A DNA stretch of 40,505 nucleotides, from assembly GCA_022508635.1 (NCBI GenBank), contig JAFLUV010000001.1:1-40505 (forward strand), in the 5' to 3' direction. A program made the position numbers and the translations under genes. The notes below the pieces were generated by a model. That model was not told the DNA's origin. It searched no databases and saw only the letters and a list, made by a program, of their open reading frames with translations. Below are positions 8,901-16,866 of this stretch, in pieces; position 1 is the stretch's first letter; the number at the start of each line of letters is the position of its first letter. The stretch is from Prevotellaceae bacterium. Lineage in GTDB: Bacteria; Bacteroidota; Bacteroidia; Bacteroidales; Bacteroidaceae.

Positions 8901-10745
8901 TTATTTGTGCGACTTAAGCAGAGCATCCATCTGAGTAATAACATCAGATACCTGCTGATAGACTTTTTCTTTTGCCATGCCAGAGTTGTCAACGGGAGCG
9001 TAACGAGCAAACTCGCAATCACTAAGGACGGCGATAAAAGCATCCACTACGGACTGATCCACACCACGTTGAGCAAGCTTTCCGATGACATTATCCTTAC
9101 TGAGCTCACCCTGAGGTAACGACAATTTGTCGCCAGCATAACCCAGTAAAGCACGCATAACTTCATCATAGAAAGCAGCATCGCCCTGACTACCCTTCTC
9201 ACGCATGAGTTTAGCTGCCAACTTGAGGCGTCTCGACGCCACTTTACCTGCCTTTCTTCCCTTGGTACTCCATGAGTTGGGATTTTGCCTTTGTTGACGA
9301 CGGAACCACATGAAGGCCAAAAGAAAGATAGTGAAGAGTAACACATAGGTGAGCCAGTAGGCTGAGGTGCCAAAGAAGTCATAAACGTCTGCTTCTTTCA
9401 ACCTGCCAAGCTTGATAAATCGGATATCATTGCTAAGGACATTGAGATCTTCCTGCTCGCGAGTATAGGCCACGGCATGTCCCTTTCCTTTGGCAACTGC
9501 CAAAGAGAAAGAGTCTGTACGAATGGTATTGTAAGTGCTGACCTCGGGGTCGAAATAGCAGAATTCAACAGGCGGAATGGTATAGTTGCCTCCATGACGT
9601 GGCACAACGACATAGTCGTAGGTGATGGTCCCTTTGGAGCCCGTGGCAGTACTGGTCGTCTTATTGTCCTCCTTGGGTTCGTAAACCTCAAAGTCCTGAG
9701 GGAAACGAACTTTGGGTGCCTTGATGAGCTTCATATTACCCTGTCCGCTGACCACGAAACGTAGGGTGGCTGCATCGTTGGCATCAACTTGCTCTGGTGT
9801 GAGTGTGGCAGAAACACTAAATTTGCCGACCGCACCCGAAAAATTATCTGGCTTGGGTGTAGGCAGAGGATCCACCTCTATTTCTATGGGTGGGGTAGTG
9901 ATTTGCTTACGCACCATCTGTGAGAGACTGCCACCACCAAAGAAAATGTCGAAAGGATCCATACTGTGGTTCTGCACCTCCACTTGTGCATCGAAAGTGA
10001 TACCAGGCACTCGGAGCTTGCCAGTTTTCTGCGGAAAAAGTACATATTGCTTCCATACGGCAGTACCGTAATTGCGTCCGTTGACACGCTCATACTTCAG
10101 CGAGAGTTGTGCCTGACGATCCATCTCCTGAACGTGACAACCATCTATCTGGGGCATTTCGCCCGATATCTGCTGTATATTGACTAACGTATAGAGCTTG
10201 TAGGTAAGCATGACGGCTTCTTGCTCATATATCTTCTGGCGGTTGGCAGTAACGGTTATATAGAGTTCGTCCTTGCTTATGTTACCGCCGGAAACATCAC
10301 CTTGCCGTTGACGGGATCCGCCCCCTTGCTGCGATCCTGAAGACTGCTGACCCTGTACGGATGAAGCAGGAAGCACCTCAATGCTGGCAGTCCCGCTCTT
10401 GACGGTCTTTCCGTCTACGACGATAGAAGCAACAGGTATTCGGAGAGTTCCCTCCGTCGTAGGGACAACAGTATAGGTAAAAGTCATAGTACTGGTATGC
10501 GTAGTCTTTCCACCACTCATCGAAAAACTACTGGATCGGCTGGTACTAGGACCATAAAGGACATTGAAGCCTTGGAAGTCGCTCACCTGAAAGTCCTCTA
10601 AATCGGTAGTATTAGCCACATAACTGATACGGATGCGCTGCCCTACCTCTGCTTGAGAGGGAGCCTGTACCTTGAGCGTCACCTGCGCATAAATGACACT
10701 TATCGTGAGGAATGATAATAACAGGAAACTGTATATTCTTCTCAT
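8901..10745 (-). CDS. batD: BatD-like oxygen-tolerance protein
   Basis: 614 aa. A signal peptide is followed by repeated beta-rich segments, a late TM (WLTYVLLFTIFLLAFMWF) and a C-terminal helical domain ending in the CEFARYAP motif. Size and operon position match BatD. Confidence 0.8.
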   Translation of the reverse strand: MRRIYSFLLLSFLTISVIYAQVTLKVQAPSQAEVGQRIRISYVANTTDLEDFQVSDFQGFNVLYGPSTSRSSSFSMSGGKTTHTSTMTFTYTVVPTTEGTLRIPVASIVVDGKTVKSGTASIEVLPASSVQGQQSSGSQQGGGSRQRQGDVSGGNISKDELYITVTANRQKIYEQEAVMLTYKLYTLVNIQQISGEMPQIDGCHVQEMDRQAQLSLKYERVNGRNYGTAVWKQYVLFPQKTGKLRVPGITFDAQVEVQNHSMDPFDIFFGGGSLSQMVRKQITTPPIEIEVDPLPTPKPDNFSGAVGKFSVSATLTPEQVDANDAATLRFVVSGQGNMKLIKAPKVRFPQDFEVYEPKEDNKTTSTATGSKGTITYDYVVVPRHGGNYTIPPVEFCYFDPEVSTYNTIRTDSFSLAVAKGKGHAVAYTREQEDLNVLSNDIRFIKLGRLKEADVYDFFGTSAYWLTYVLLFTIFLLAFMWFRRQQRQNPNSWSTKGRKAGKVASRRLKLAAKLMREKGSQGDAAFYDEVMRALLGYAGDKLSLPQGELSKDNVIGKLAQRGVDQSVVDAFIAVLSDCEFARYAPVDNSGMAKEKVYQQVSDVITQMDALLKSHK

Positions 10746-10881
10746 CGTTTCTTTTATGATATATCTATTTCATTTTGTCTGTACGCGAACTATGCCGGTT
10801 ATCTTGCCGTATTTTTTCAAAACACACCATAGGACGCCAATGATAAATACTGGGTGCTTCCCCAATAAATACATAGAGTGT

Positions 10882-12606
10882 TTACCATTGCTTCTGCAGG
10901 TGTTTCTGCCGACGTTGTTGCTGTGCCTTCTGTATTTTCTCTTGTGTAGCCTTCTCGTCCTGCATGGCAGCATTGAGCATCTGCTCCGCATTCTCCCGAC
11001 TCATCTGTTCGGGTTGTGACTGCTGCTCCTGTGGTTTCTCTTCTGGTTGCTGTTGCTGCTGCTGCTGTTGTTGATGTTCTTCTTTCTCATCCTTGCCCTG
11101 TTCATCCTTCTGCTGATCCTGATTGTCTTGATTCTGCTGGTTCTTCTTAAGTTGATAAAGGCTCAGAGCATAGTTATAGCGTGTTTCGTCATTCGTCGGG
11201 TCGTTACGTAAGGAATTACGATAGCAAGCTACCGCTTTGTCAAACTGCTTTGCCGATTGCAGGAGGACACCCATATTATGATATATTTGAGCCAAACGCT
11301 CCTTATCTTTCTCCAGACGAACTGCCGTTTCATACTCCTTCATAGCATCCTCTGCCTTATTCTGGTAAAGTAGGGCATTACCAAGGTTATAATGCGAGAT
11401 AGGGTTAGTATTGTCACGCTCAATAGCCTTCTGGTACTCCACCTGTGCCTTGTCATACACGCTGTCACGCATTAGGCGATTTCCACGGCGAATATAGTCT
11501 CTGTCCGTCTGCGACATTGCCGTGAGGCTGAAGAATAACAAGCAAAAAACAAGGAGCAAAGGACTTTCTCTCCTATCCTTTTTAGAGGGGGAGAGGAAGC
11601 GACGCAACCAAGTTGATTTGCTCTCACGTTCGAGCAGTATAACCTCCACTATCAACAGTAACAAGCCAATAAGAATAAAGCCCTGAAACTGTTCGTCATA
11701 CTCGCTATATATCTGGCTCTCTATCTTCGCCTTAGAGAGACGGTCAAGATGTTCCGATAGTTTTTTCTGGGCCGAACTGCTATTGTCAACATAAATATAA
11801 GAGCCACCTCCTGCTGTAGCAATCTCACGGCACATATCCTCACTGAGTTTGGAGATAACAGTATTGCCTGCCTCGTCTATGATATAATGGTTGGATCCAG
11901 GAATGGGAATAGGTGCTCCTCCCGGATTGCCGATGCCCAACACATAAACACGGACACCTTGTGCCGCAGCCTGCTTCGCAGCCTCAACAGCACGTCCTTC
12001 ATTATCTTCACCATCAGTAATGACGAAGATGGCACGAGAAACATCCTCTTGTTGAGTAAAGCTACGCATTGAGAGAGTGATAGCTTCTGCTATATCTGTG
12101 CCCTGCACACTAATCATGGAAGGTGATATTGTCTCCAAAAACATCTTAGCACTAACGTAATCACTGGTAATAGGCAACTGTACAAACGCCTGGCCAGCAA
12201 AAACAACAAGACCTATCTTATCGTCCTTCATACCGTTCACCATATTGCTTACCAACATCTTCGCCTTTTCCAAGCGATTTGGTTTTACGTCTTCGGCGAA
12301 CATCGAGTTACTGACATCCAGTGCTATGATTGCTTCGATACCCATTCGTTCGCGAGTGTCAAGACGCGTGCCGAATTGTGGACGAGCTAAAGCAATAATG
12401 AACGAAGCCAATGCAGTCATTGCCAGCCAAAATTTCACTTCAGGACGCCAACGAGAGACACCGATAAAGAGCTGGCGAGTCAGGTCTGGGTCGCCAAATT
12501 TTTTTATCTGCTGCTGCTTCCTATATATAATATAATAATGTATAGCCGCCAGCACCAAAAGTAGCAACAGCAAGTACAAGTATTGTGAACTTTCAAAGCG
12601 AAACAT
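10882..12606 (-). CDS. BatB-BatC fusion: membrane-anchored VWA domain plus TPR domain with a Gln/Glu-rich tail
   Basis: 574 aa. N-terminal TM, then a VWA domain with the MIDAS motif DVSNSM, then a TM (ILIGLLLLIVEVILL). A signal-peptide-like segment (KKDRRESPLLLVFCLLFFSLTA) follows in the same frame, then TPR repeats (YNLGNALLYQNKAEDAMKEYETAV...) and a Q/E/K-rich tail that includes Q9. Confidence 0.82.
   Translation of the reverse strand: MFRFESSQYLYLLLLLLVLAAIHYYIIYRKQQQIKKFGDPDLTRQLFIGVSRWRPEVKFWLAMTALASFIIALARPQFGTRLDTRERMGIEAIIALDVSNSMFAEDVKPNRLEKAKMLVSNMVNGMKDDKIGLVVFAGQAFVQLPITSDYVSAKMFLETISPSMISVQGTDIAEAITLSMRSFTQQEDVSRAIFVITDGEDNEGRAVEAAKQAAAQGVRVYVLGIGNPGGAPIPIPGSNHYIIDEAGNTVISKLSEDMCREIATAGGGSYIYVDNSSSAQKKLSEHLDRLSKAKIESQIYSEYDEQFQGFILIGLLLLIVEVILLERESKSTWLRRFLSPSKKDRRESPLLLVFCLLFFSLTAMSQTDRDYIRRGNRLMRDSVYDKAQVEYQKAIERDNTNPISHYNLGNALLYQNKAEDAMKEYETAVRLEKDKERLAQIYHNMGVLLQSAKQFDKAVACYRNSLRNDPTNDETRYNYALSLYQLKKNQQNQDNQDQQKDEQGKDEKEEHQQQQQQQQQPEEKPQEQQSQPEQMSRENAEQMLNAAMQDEKATQEKIQKAQQQRRQKHLQKQW
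11047..11073 (-). repeat. in-frame (CAG/CAA)9 trinucleotide tract encoding Q9 in the BatB/C tail
   Basis: The plus strand reads ttgctgttgctgctgctgctgttgttg. It is in the codon phase of the 10882-12606 ORF. Confidence 0.9.
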
Positions 12607-12679
12607 CGAGTTAATCTATTATTTGACTATTTATGATTTACTGTTTGTAACTTCTTTATCCAGCATGGAAGATAGAAAA

Positions 12680-13678
12680 CTATGGTATGCGTTTCAATAC
12701 TGTATTACTCAGCAAGACTTCTAACAGAAGACAGAGCATACTGACAAGCAGGAACATTCCATATGCCTCATAGCGTTTGGAATATTTCTTGACGTTCATC
12801 TTCGTCTTCTCCAATTTATCTATCTCTTGATAGACTTCGTGCAGTTTCTGATTGTTCGTGGCACGATAAAACTCTCCGTCTGTCTTACGTGCAATAGCAG
12901 CGAGAGTCTTAGTATCTATCTCCACGGGAACATTGACATATTCTATACGACCGCCTACAGGATATGGGTAGCGTGCGGTGCCATTCGTACCAACACCAAT
13001 GGTATAGACACGTATGCCGAAACTTTTGGCTATATCGGCTGCCGTGTTTGGACTAATTTGTCCACAGTTGTTCGTTCCGTCGGTAAGCAGGATGATGACC
13101 TTACTTTTAGCCTTACTGTCTTTAAGACGCGACAAGGCATTAGCAATACCCATGCCGATTGCCGTACCGTCATCAATAAGGCCGCGCTGTGCCATATCGA
13201 CCTTCATGCCGTTCAGCAGATTCAGGAGCACAGCATGATCTACAGTCATAGGGCACTGGGTATATGCCTCTCCTGCAAAGAGCGTCAGACCAATGTTATC
13301 GTCAGGACGACCGCTGATAAACTCCAGAGCCACATTCTTGGCTGCTTCGATACGGTTAGGTTTCAAGTCCTCTGCCAGCATACTGGTACTAACATCCATG
13401 CATAGCATAATGTCAATGCCCTCAGTATGCTTGGTGCTCCAGCTATTAGAAGTCTGCGGACGAGCCAAGGCAACCACGGCAAATACATAACATGCTACTC
13501 GCAATAACATGGGCAAGTGTAGCAACCGTTGCCGAAGACTTCGAGGAGCCTGGAACATAGCTGTTGTGCTACTGACACGTATGGATGGTGTGAATGTCTT
13601 GTAACGGGACCAATACCATATCACATAAGGCGGTATCAGAAACAGCAAAAACAAATATAGTGGATTCTCAAATGTCAT
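12680..13678 (-). CDS. batA: BatA-like membrane-anchored VWA-domain protein
   Basis: 332 aa. N-terminal TM (LYLFLLFLIPPYVIWYW), VWA with MIDAS DVSTSM, TDGTNN, and a C-terminal TM (MFLLVSMLCLLLEVLL). Confidence 0.85.
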   Translation of the reverse strand: MTFENPLYLFLLFLIPPYVIWYWSRYKTFTPSIRVSSTTAMFQAPRSLRQRLLHLPMLLRVACYVFAVVALARPQTSNSWSTKHTEGIDIMLCMDVSTSMLAEDLKPNRIEAAKNVALEFISGRPDDNIGLTLFAGEAYTQCPMTVDHAVLLNLLNGMKVDMAQRGLIDDGTAIGMGIANALSRLKDSKAKSKVIILLTDGTNNCGQISPNTAADIAKSFGIRVYTIGVGTNGTARYPYPVGGRIEYVNVPVEIDTKTLAAIARKTDGEFYRATNNQKLHEVYQEIDKLEKTKMNVKKYSKRYEAYGMFLLVSMLCLLLEVLLSNTVLKRIP

Positions 13679-13704
13679 ATTTCAATAGTCAACGTTCAAT
13701 GATT

Positions 13705-14823
13705 TTACATTAACAAATCTGCAGAGCGCCATATTATCCATACTAACATAATGATGGAAAGCACAGCCAATACCGCAATAGCCACACGCATCATTTTTAC
13801 CTGAGTGAGGCGCTTTTGGTCAGTCTCCTTAATAACCTCCGGCTCAGGCTTCGCATTTGGGTCAACTTCTACCTTTGTCTGGTTGACATACTCTATGGCA
13901 GAAACTAGGTTGGCATCATTCTCGTTGATAAGTGTACTATACTTCGCGAACTTCACGAGATCGGCAGTACGGAAGATTTCACGCAATTCGTCGAGCGCCT
14001 CCTCGTTGTTCTCTGAAATAAGGCGATTGATGATTTCTGTGGAAGTCATCTCCATTGCATTGAATCCATAACGCTCACATATATAGTTACGTAAGGTATC
14101 AGTAAGCAAGGTATAGTACTCTTTGCTATCTTCCTCTGCCCATTTGCGCTCACTTTTGATACGCTCTATCTCATCCATCGCCACCTTATGAGGCGGCAAT
14201 TTCTTCCTGCGACGGACAAAACGGACGATAGGTTTGCCATGCTTGACGTGGTGGTAAAGGACGCCTATGCAAACGAGCATCAGTAAAAGCAACAGAGTAC
14301 CGAATACTACCATCCGCCATTCTTCCCAGAGAAAAGGCAATTCCATAATACCATTAGGTGGAAAGAATTGATCAACATTAAGTGTATCAACATCAACCGT
14401 ATAAACTTTCAATGCAAGGCCATTGGATTCGTACCTACTTGTATCAATCATCACCTGCATAGGCGGTAGGAAATAGAATGCGGAATCCCATGCCGTGATG
14501 GTATAAGTTTGACTAACACTCATCCGAGCGCCATCATTGAGAATGACAGTGTCAAGTGCTTCAACATTCACCACCTCAATGTTCGGGATAAGTTCCTGGC
14601 CTTTCTTAATATCGGGCATCTTTAGCTTTTGCTTCGCATCAAAAGTAACGCTGAGAGTGAGATCCGTCTGCTGTCCAATAAAGAGTTGCATCGAGTCAAG
14701 CTTCACGTCAACTGAAACCTGCGCCCTGACACTGAAGCAGAAAGAAAGGAGAAGAAGACTTCCCCACACTACCTTCATGAAAAGATGCTTGAACGGCGTT
14801 TTGTATATATTGGATTTGTTCAT
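13705..14823 (-). CDS. hypothetical Bat-operon membrane protein, BatD-like mini-paralog (DUF4381-like C-terminus)
   Basis: 372 aa. Signal-like N-terminus, beta-rich region, TM (VVFGTLLLLLMLVCIGVLY), a helical domain with the ADLVKFAKYS motif (compare BatD CEFARYAP) and a final TM. An alternative ATG is at 14778 (MKVVWGSLLLL). Confidence 0.7.
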   Translation of the reverse strand: MNKSNIYKTPFKHLFMKVVWGSLLLLSFCFSVRAQVSVDVKLDSMQLFIGQQTDLTLSVTFDAKQKLKMPDIKKGQELIPNIEVVNVEALDTVILNDGARMSVSQTYTITAWDSAFYFLPPMQVMIDTSRYESNGLALKVYTVDVDTLNVDQFFPPNGIMELPFLWEEWRMVVFGTLLLLLMLVCIGVLYHHVKHGKPIVRFVRRRKKLPPHKVAMDEIERIKSERKWAEEDSKEYYTLLTDTLRNYICERYGFNAMEMTSTEIINRLISENNEEALDELREIFRTADLVKFAKYSTLINENDANLVSAIEYVNQTKVEVDPNAKPEPEVIKETDQKRLTQVKMMRVAIAVLAVLSIIMLVWIIWRSADLLM

Positions 14824-14856
14824 TTCAAATTGCTGTTATTCCTCCTAATATGAGTC

Positions 14857-15732
14857 CTAAAAAGTCTTTCTTCTTGCAAAAAGTCCTCTGAGCACACTCA
14901 CATAATCCTGATCTGTCCGGACACTTATGGCATCCACCTGACTACGATTGAAGATGTCTTTAAGCCGCATCGACTGCTGCTTCCACCACTTAGCTTGTGC
15001 CTTGCGTACTACACTGCTACCGGTATCAATGACTTGCTCCTGTCCGGTCTCGGCATCATATACCTTCAACAATCCTATGTCCGGCAACTCTGCCACTCGT
15101 TTGTCATAGACCTGTATAGCTACTACATCGTGCTTGTGTGCAGCAATGGAAAGCGGTTGCAGGAAAGAATGCGAGTCAATGAAATCGCTCAGCACAAAGG
15201 CTATGCAACGGCGTTTGATGGCACGCGTCAGGTACTCCAAGGCAAAAGCAATGTTTGTATGCTGACTTTCTGGCTTATAGTCAAGAAGCTCACGAATGAT
15301 GTACAAGATATGTTTGCGGCCTTTCTTGGGCGGAATGAACTTCTCTATCTTGTCTGAAAAAAATATAACGCCTATCTTATCGTTGTTCTGGATGGCAGAA
15401 AAAGCAAGTGTTGCAGCAATCTCAGCCACCATATTACGCTTAAACTGCTTGACGGAACCGAAATCAAGACTTCCGCTGACATCGACAAGGAGCATTACTG
15501 TCAGCTCACGCTCTTCCTCGAAAACTTTGACATAAGGTTTGCCAAAGCGTGCCGTGACGTTCCACTCTATATCGCGTATGTCATCACCATACTGATACTC
15601 ACGTACCTCAGAAAAGGTCATACCACGCCCTTTGAAAGCGGAATGGTACTCGCCAGCGAAGATATTGCTGCTCAGGCCTCTTGTTTTTATTTCAATCTGC
15701 CTGACCTTCTTCAGCATTTCAGATGTTCCCAT
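14857..15732 (-). CDS. DUF58-family protein (MoxR-associated, VWA-like)
   Basis: Typical DUF58 N-terminal segment GEYHSAFKGRGMTFSEVREYQYGDDIRDIEWNVTAR, followed by LLVDVSGS. It sits immediately downstream of moxR. The first ATG is at 15732. The tracked ORF start at 15738 is a GTG. Confidence 0.85.
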   Translation of the reverse strand: MGTSEMLKKVRQIEIKTRGLSSNIFAGEYHSAFKGRGMTFSEVREYQYGDDIRDIEWNVTARFGKPYVKVFEEERELTVMLLVDVSGSLDFGSVKQFKRNMVAEIAATLAFSAIQNNDKIGVIFFSDKIEKFIPPKKGRKHILYIIRELLDYKPESQHTNIAFALEYLTRAIKRRCIAFVLSDFIDSHSFLQPLSIAAHKHDVVAIQVYDKRVAELPDIGLLKVYDAETGQEQVIDTGSSVVRKAQAKWWKQQSMRLKDIFNRSQVDAISVRTDQDYVSVLRGLFARRKTF

Positions 15733-15748
15733 CCTCACTTCCTCCCGA

Positions 15749-16744
15749 TCAGGGCACCTCGACCTTATTGACGATCTTGCTTACAATCTCTTCACTCGTC
15801 ACATCGTTGGCCTCTGCTTCGTAAGTAAGGCCAATACGATGACGGAGTACATCGTGTGCCACACTGCGCACATCCTCAGGAATGACGTAGCCACGGCGTT
15901 TAATAAAGGCAAAAGCACGGGCTGCCAAAGCAAGATTGATGCTGGCGCGAGGTGATCCACCAAACTCAATGTAGTCCTTCATCTCTTTCAGACCATACTT
16001 CTCCGGATAGCGCGTACAGAAAACTATGTCGGCTATATATTGCTCAATTTTCTCATCAAGGTAAACCTGACGAACCACATCACGTGCCTTTTGTATTTCT
16101 TCGGTACTAATGACAGGCCTTACACTCTGCTGCTCACCCTTTATCTGCTGACGGATGATGAGTTTCTCCTCCTCAAGCTTTGGATAATCAATAACCACCT
16201 TAAGCATAAAACGGTCTACCTGTGCCTCAGGCAGAGGATAGGTTCCTTCCTGCTCGATAGGGTTCTGGGTGGCAAGCACGAGGAAAGGCTTCGGAAGCTG
16301 GAAAGTCGTCTTACCTATCGTGACCTGACGCTCCTGCATCGCTTCAAGCAAAGCACTCTGCACCTTAGCCGGAGCACGATTGATTTCGTCGGCCAACACG
16401 AAATTGGCAAAAACGGGACCCTGTTCTACAACAAACTTCTCATCCTTCTGACTATAAATCATAGTACCGATAACGTCAGCGGGCAACAGGTCGGGGGTGA
16501 ACTGTATGCGACTAAATTTGGAATCAACAAGTTGTGCAAGTGTTTTGATTGCCATTGTCTTTGCCAATCCAGGCACGCCCTCCAACAAAATGTGTCCGTC
16601 GCTAAGTAGGCCTATGAGAAGCGATTCTACAAGATGCTTCTGCCCCACAATGACTTGATTCATTCCTGTCACAAGATTTGTAACGAATCCACTTTGTCTC
16701 TCTATGCGCTCATTTAGTTCGCGAATATCTATTGATTCTGCCAT
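15749..16744 (-). CDS. moxR: MoxR-family AAA+ ATPase
   Basis: 331 aa. Walker A GVPGLAKT, Walker B-like FVLADEINRA and LATQNP. Typical MoxR/AAA_3 length, and it is the first gene of the Bat cluster. Confidence 0.92.
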   Translation of the reverse strand: MAESIDIRELNERIERQSGFVTNLVTGMNQVIVGQKHLVESLLIGLLSDGHILLEGVPGLAKTMAIKTLAQLVDSKFSRIQFTPDLLPADVIGTMIYSQKDEKFVVEQGPVFANFVLADEINRAPAKVQSALLEAMQERQVTIGKTTFQLPKPFLVLATQNPIEQEGTYPLPEAQVDRFMLKVVIDYPKLEEEKLIIRQQIKGEQQSVRPVISTEEIQKARDVVRQVYLDEKIEQYIADIVFCTRYPEKYGLKEMKDYIEFGGSPRASINLALAARAFAFIKRRGYVIPEDVRSVAHDVLRHRIGLTYEAEANDVTSEEIVSKIVNKVEVP

Positions 16745-16772
16745 ATTTATGTTTTTTATTGCTTTCTGAGTA

Positions 16773-16804
16773 CAAAATTACGATATCGCCCCCTTTTTTC
16801 CAAA
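16773..16804 (-). promoter_or_regulatory. Bacteroidota sigma-A type promoter of the moxR/bat operon (-33 TTTG, 20-nt spacer, -7 TAATTTTG)
   Basis: The minus strand reads TTTGgaaaaaagggggcgatatcgTAATTTTG. This matches the TTTG-N19-21-TAnnTTTG consensus described for Bacteroides promoters. The -7 box ends 28 nt upstream of the moxR ATG. Confidence 0.65.
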
Positions 16805-16866
16805 TGGGATATGATAAAAAGAGTTATCACTGTGTTTAATTCTGTTAAATATGCATCGTTTTAGTT

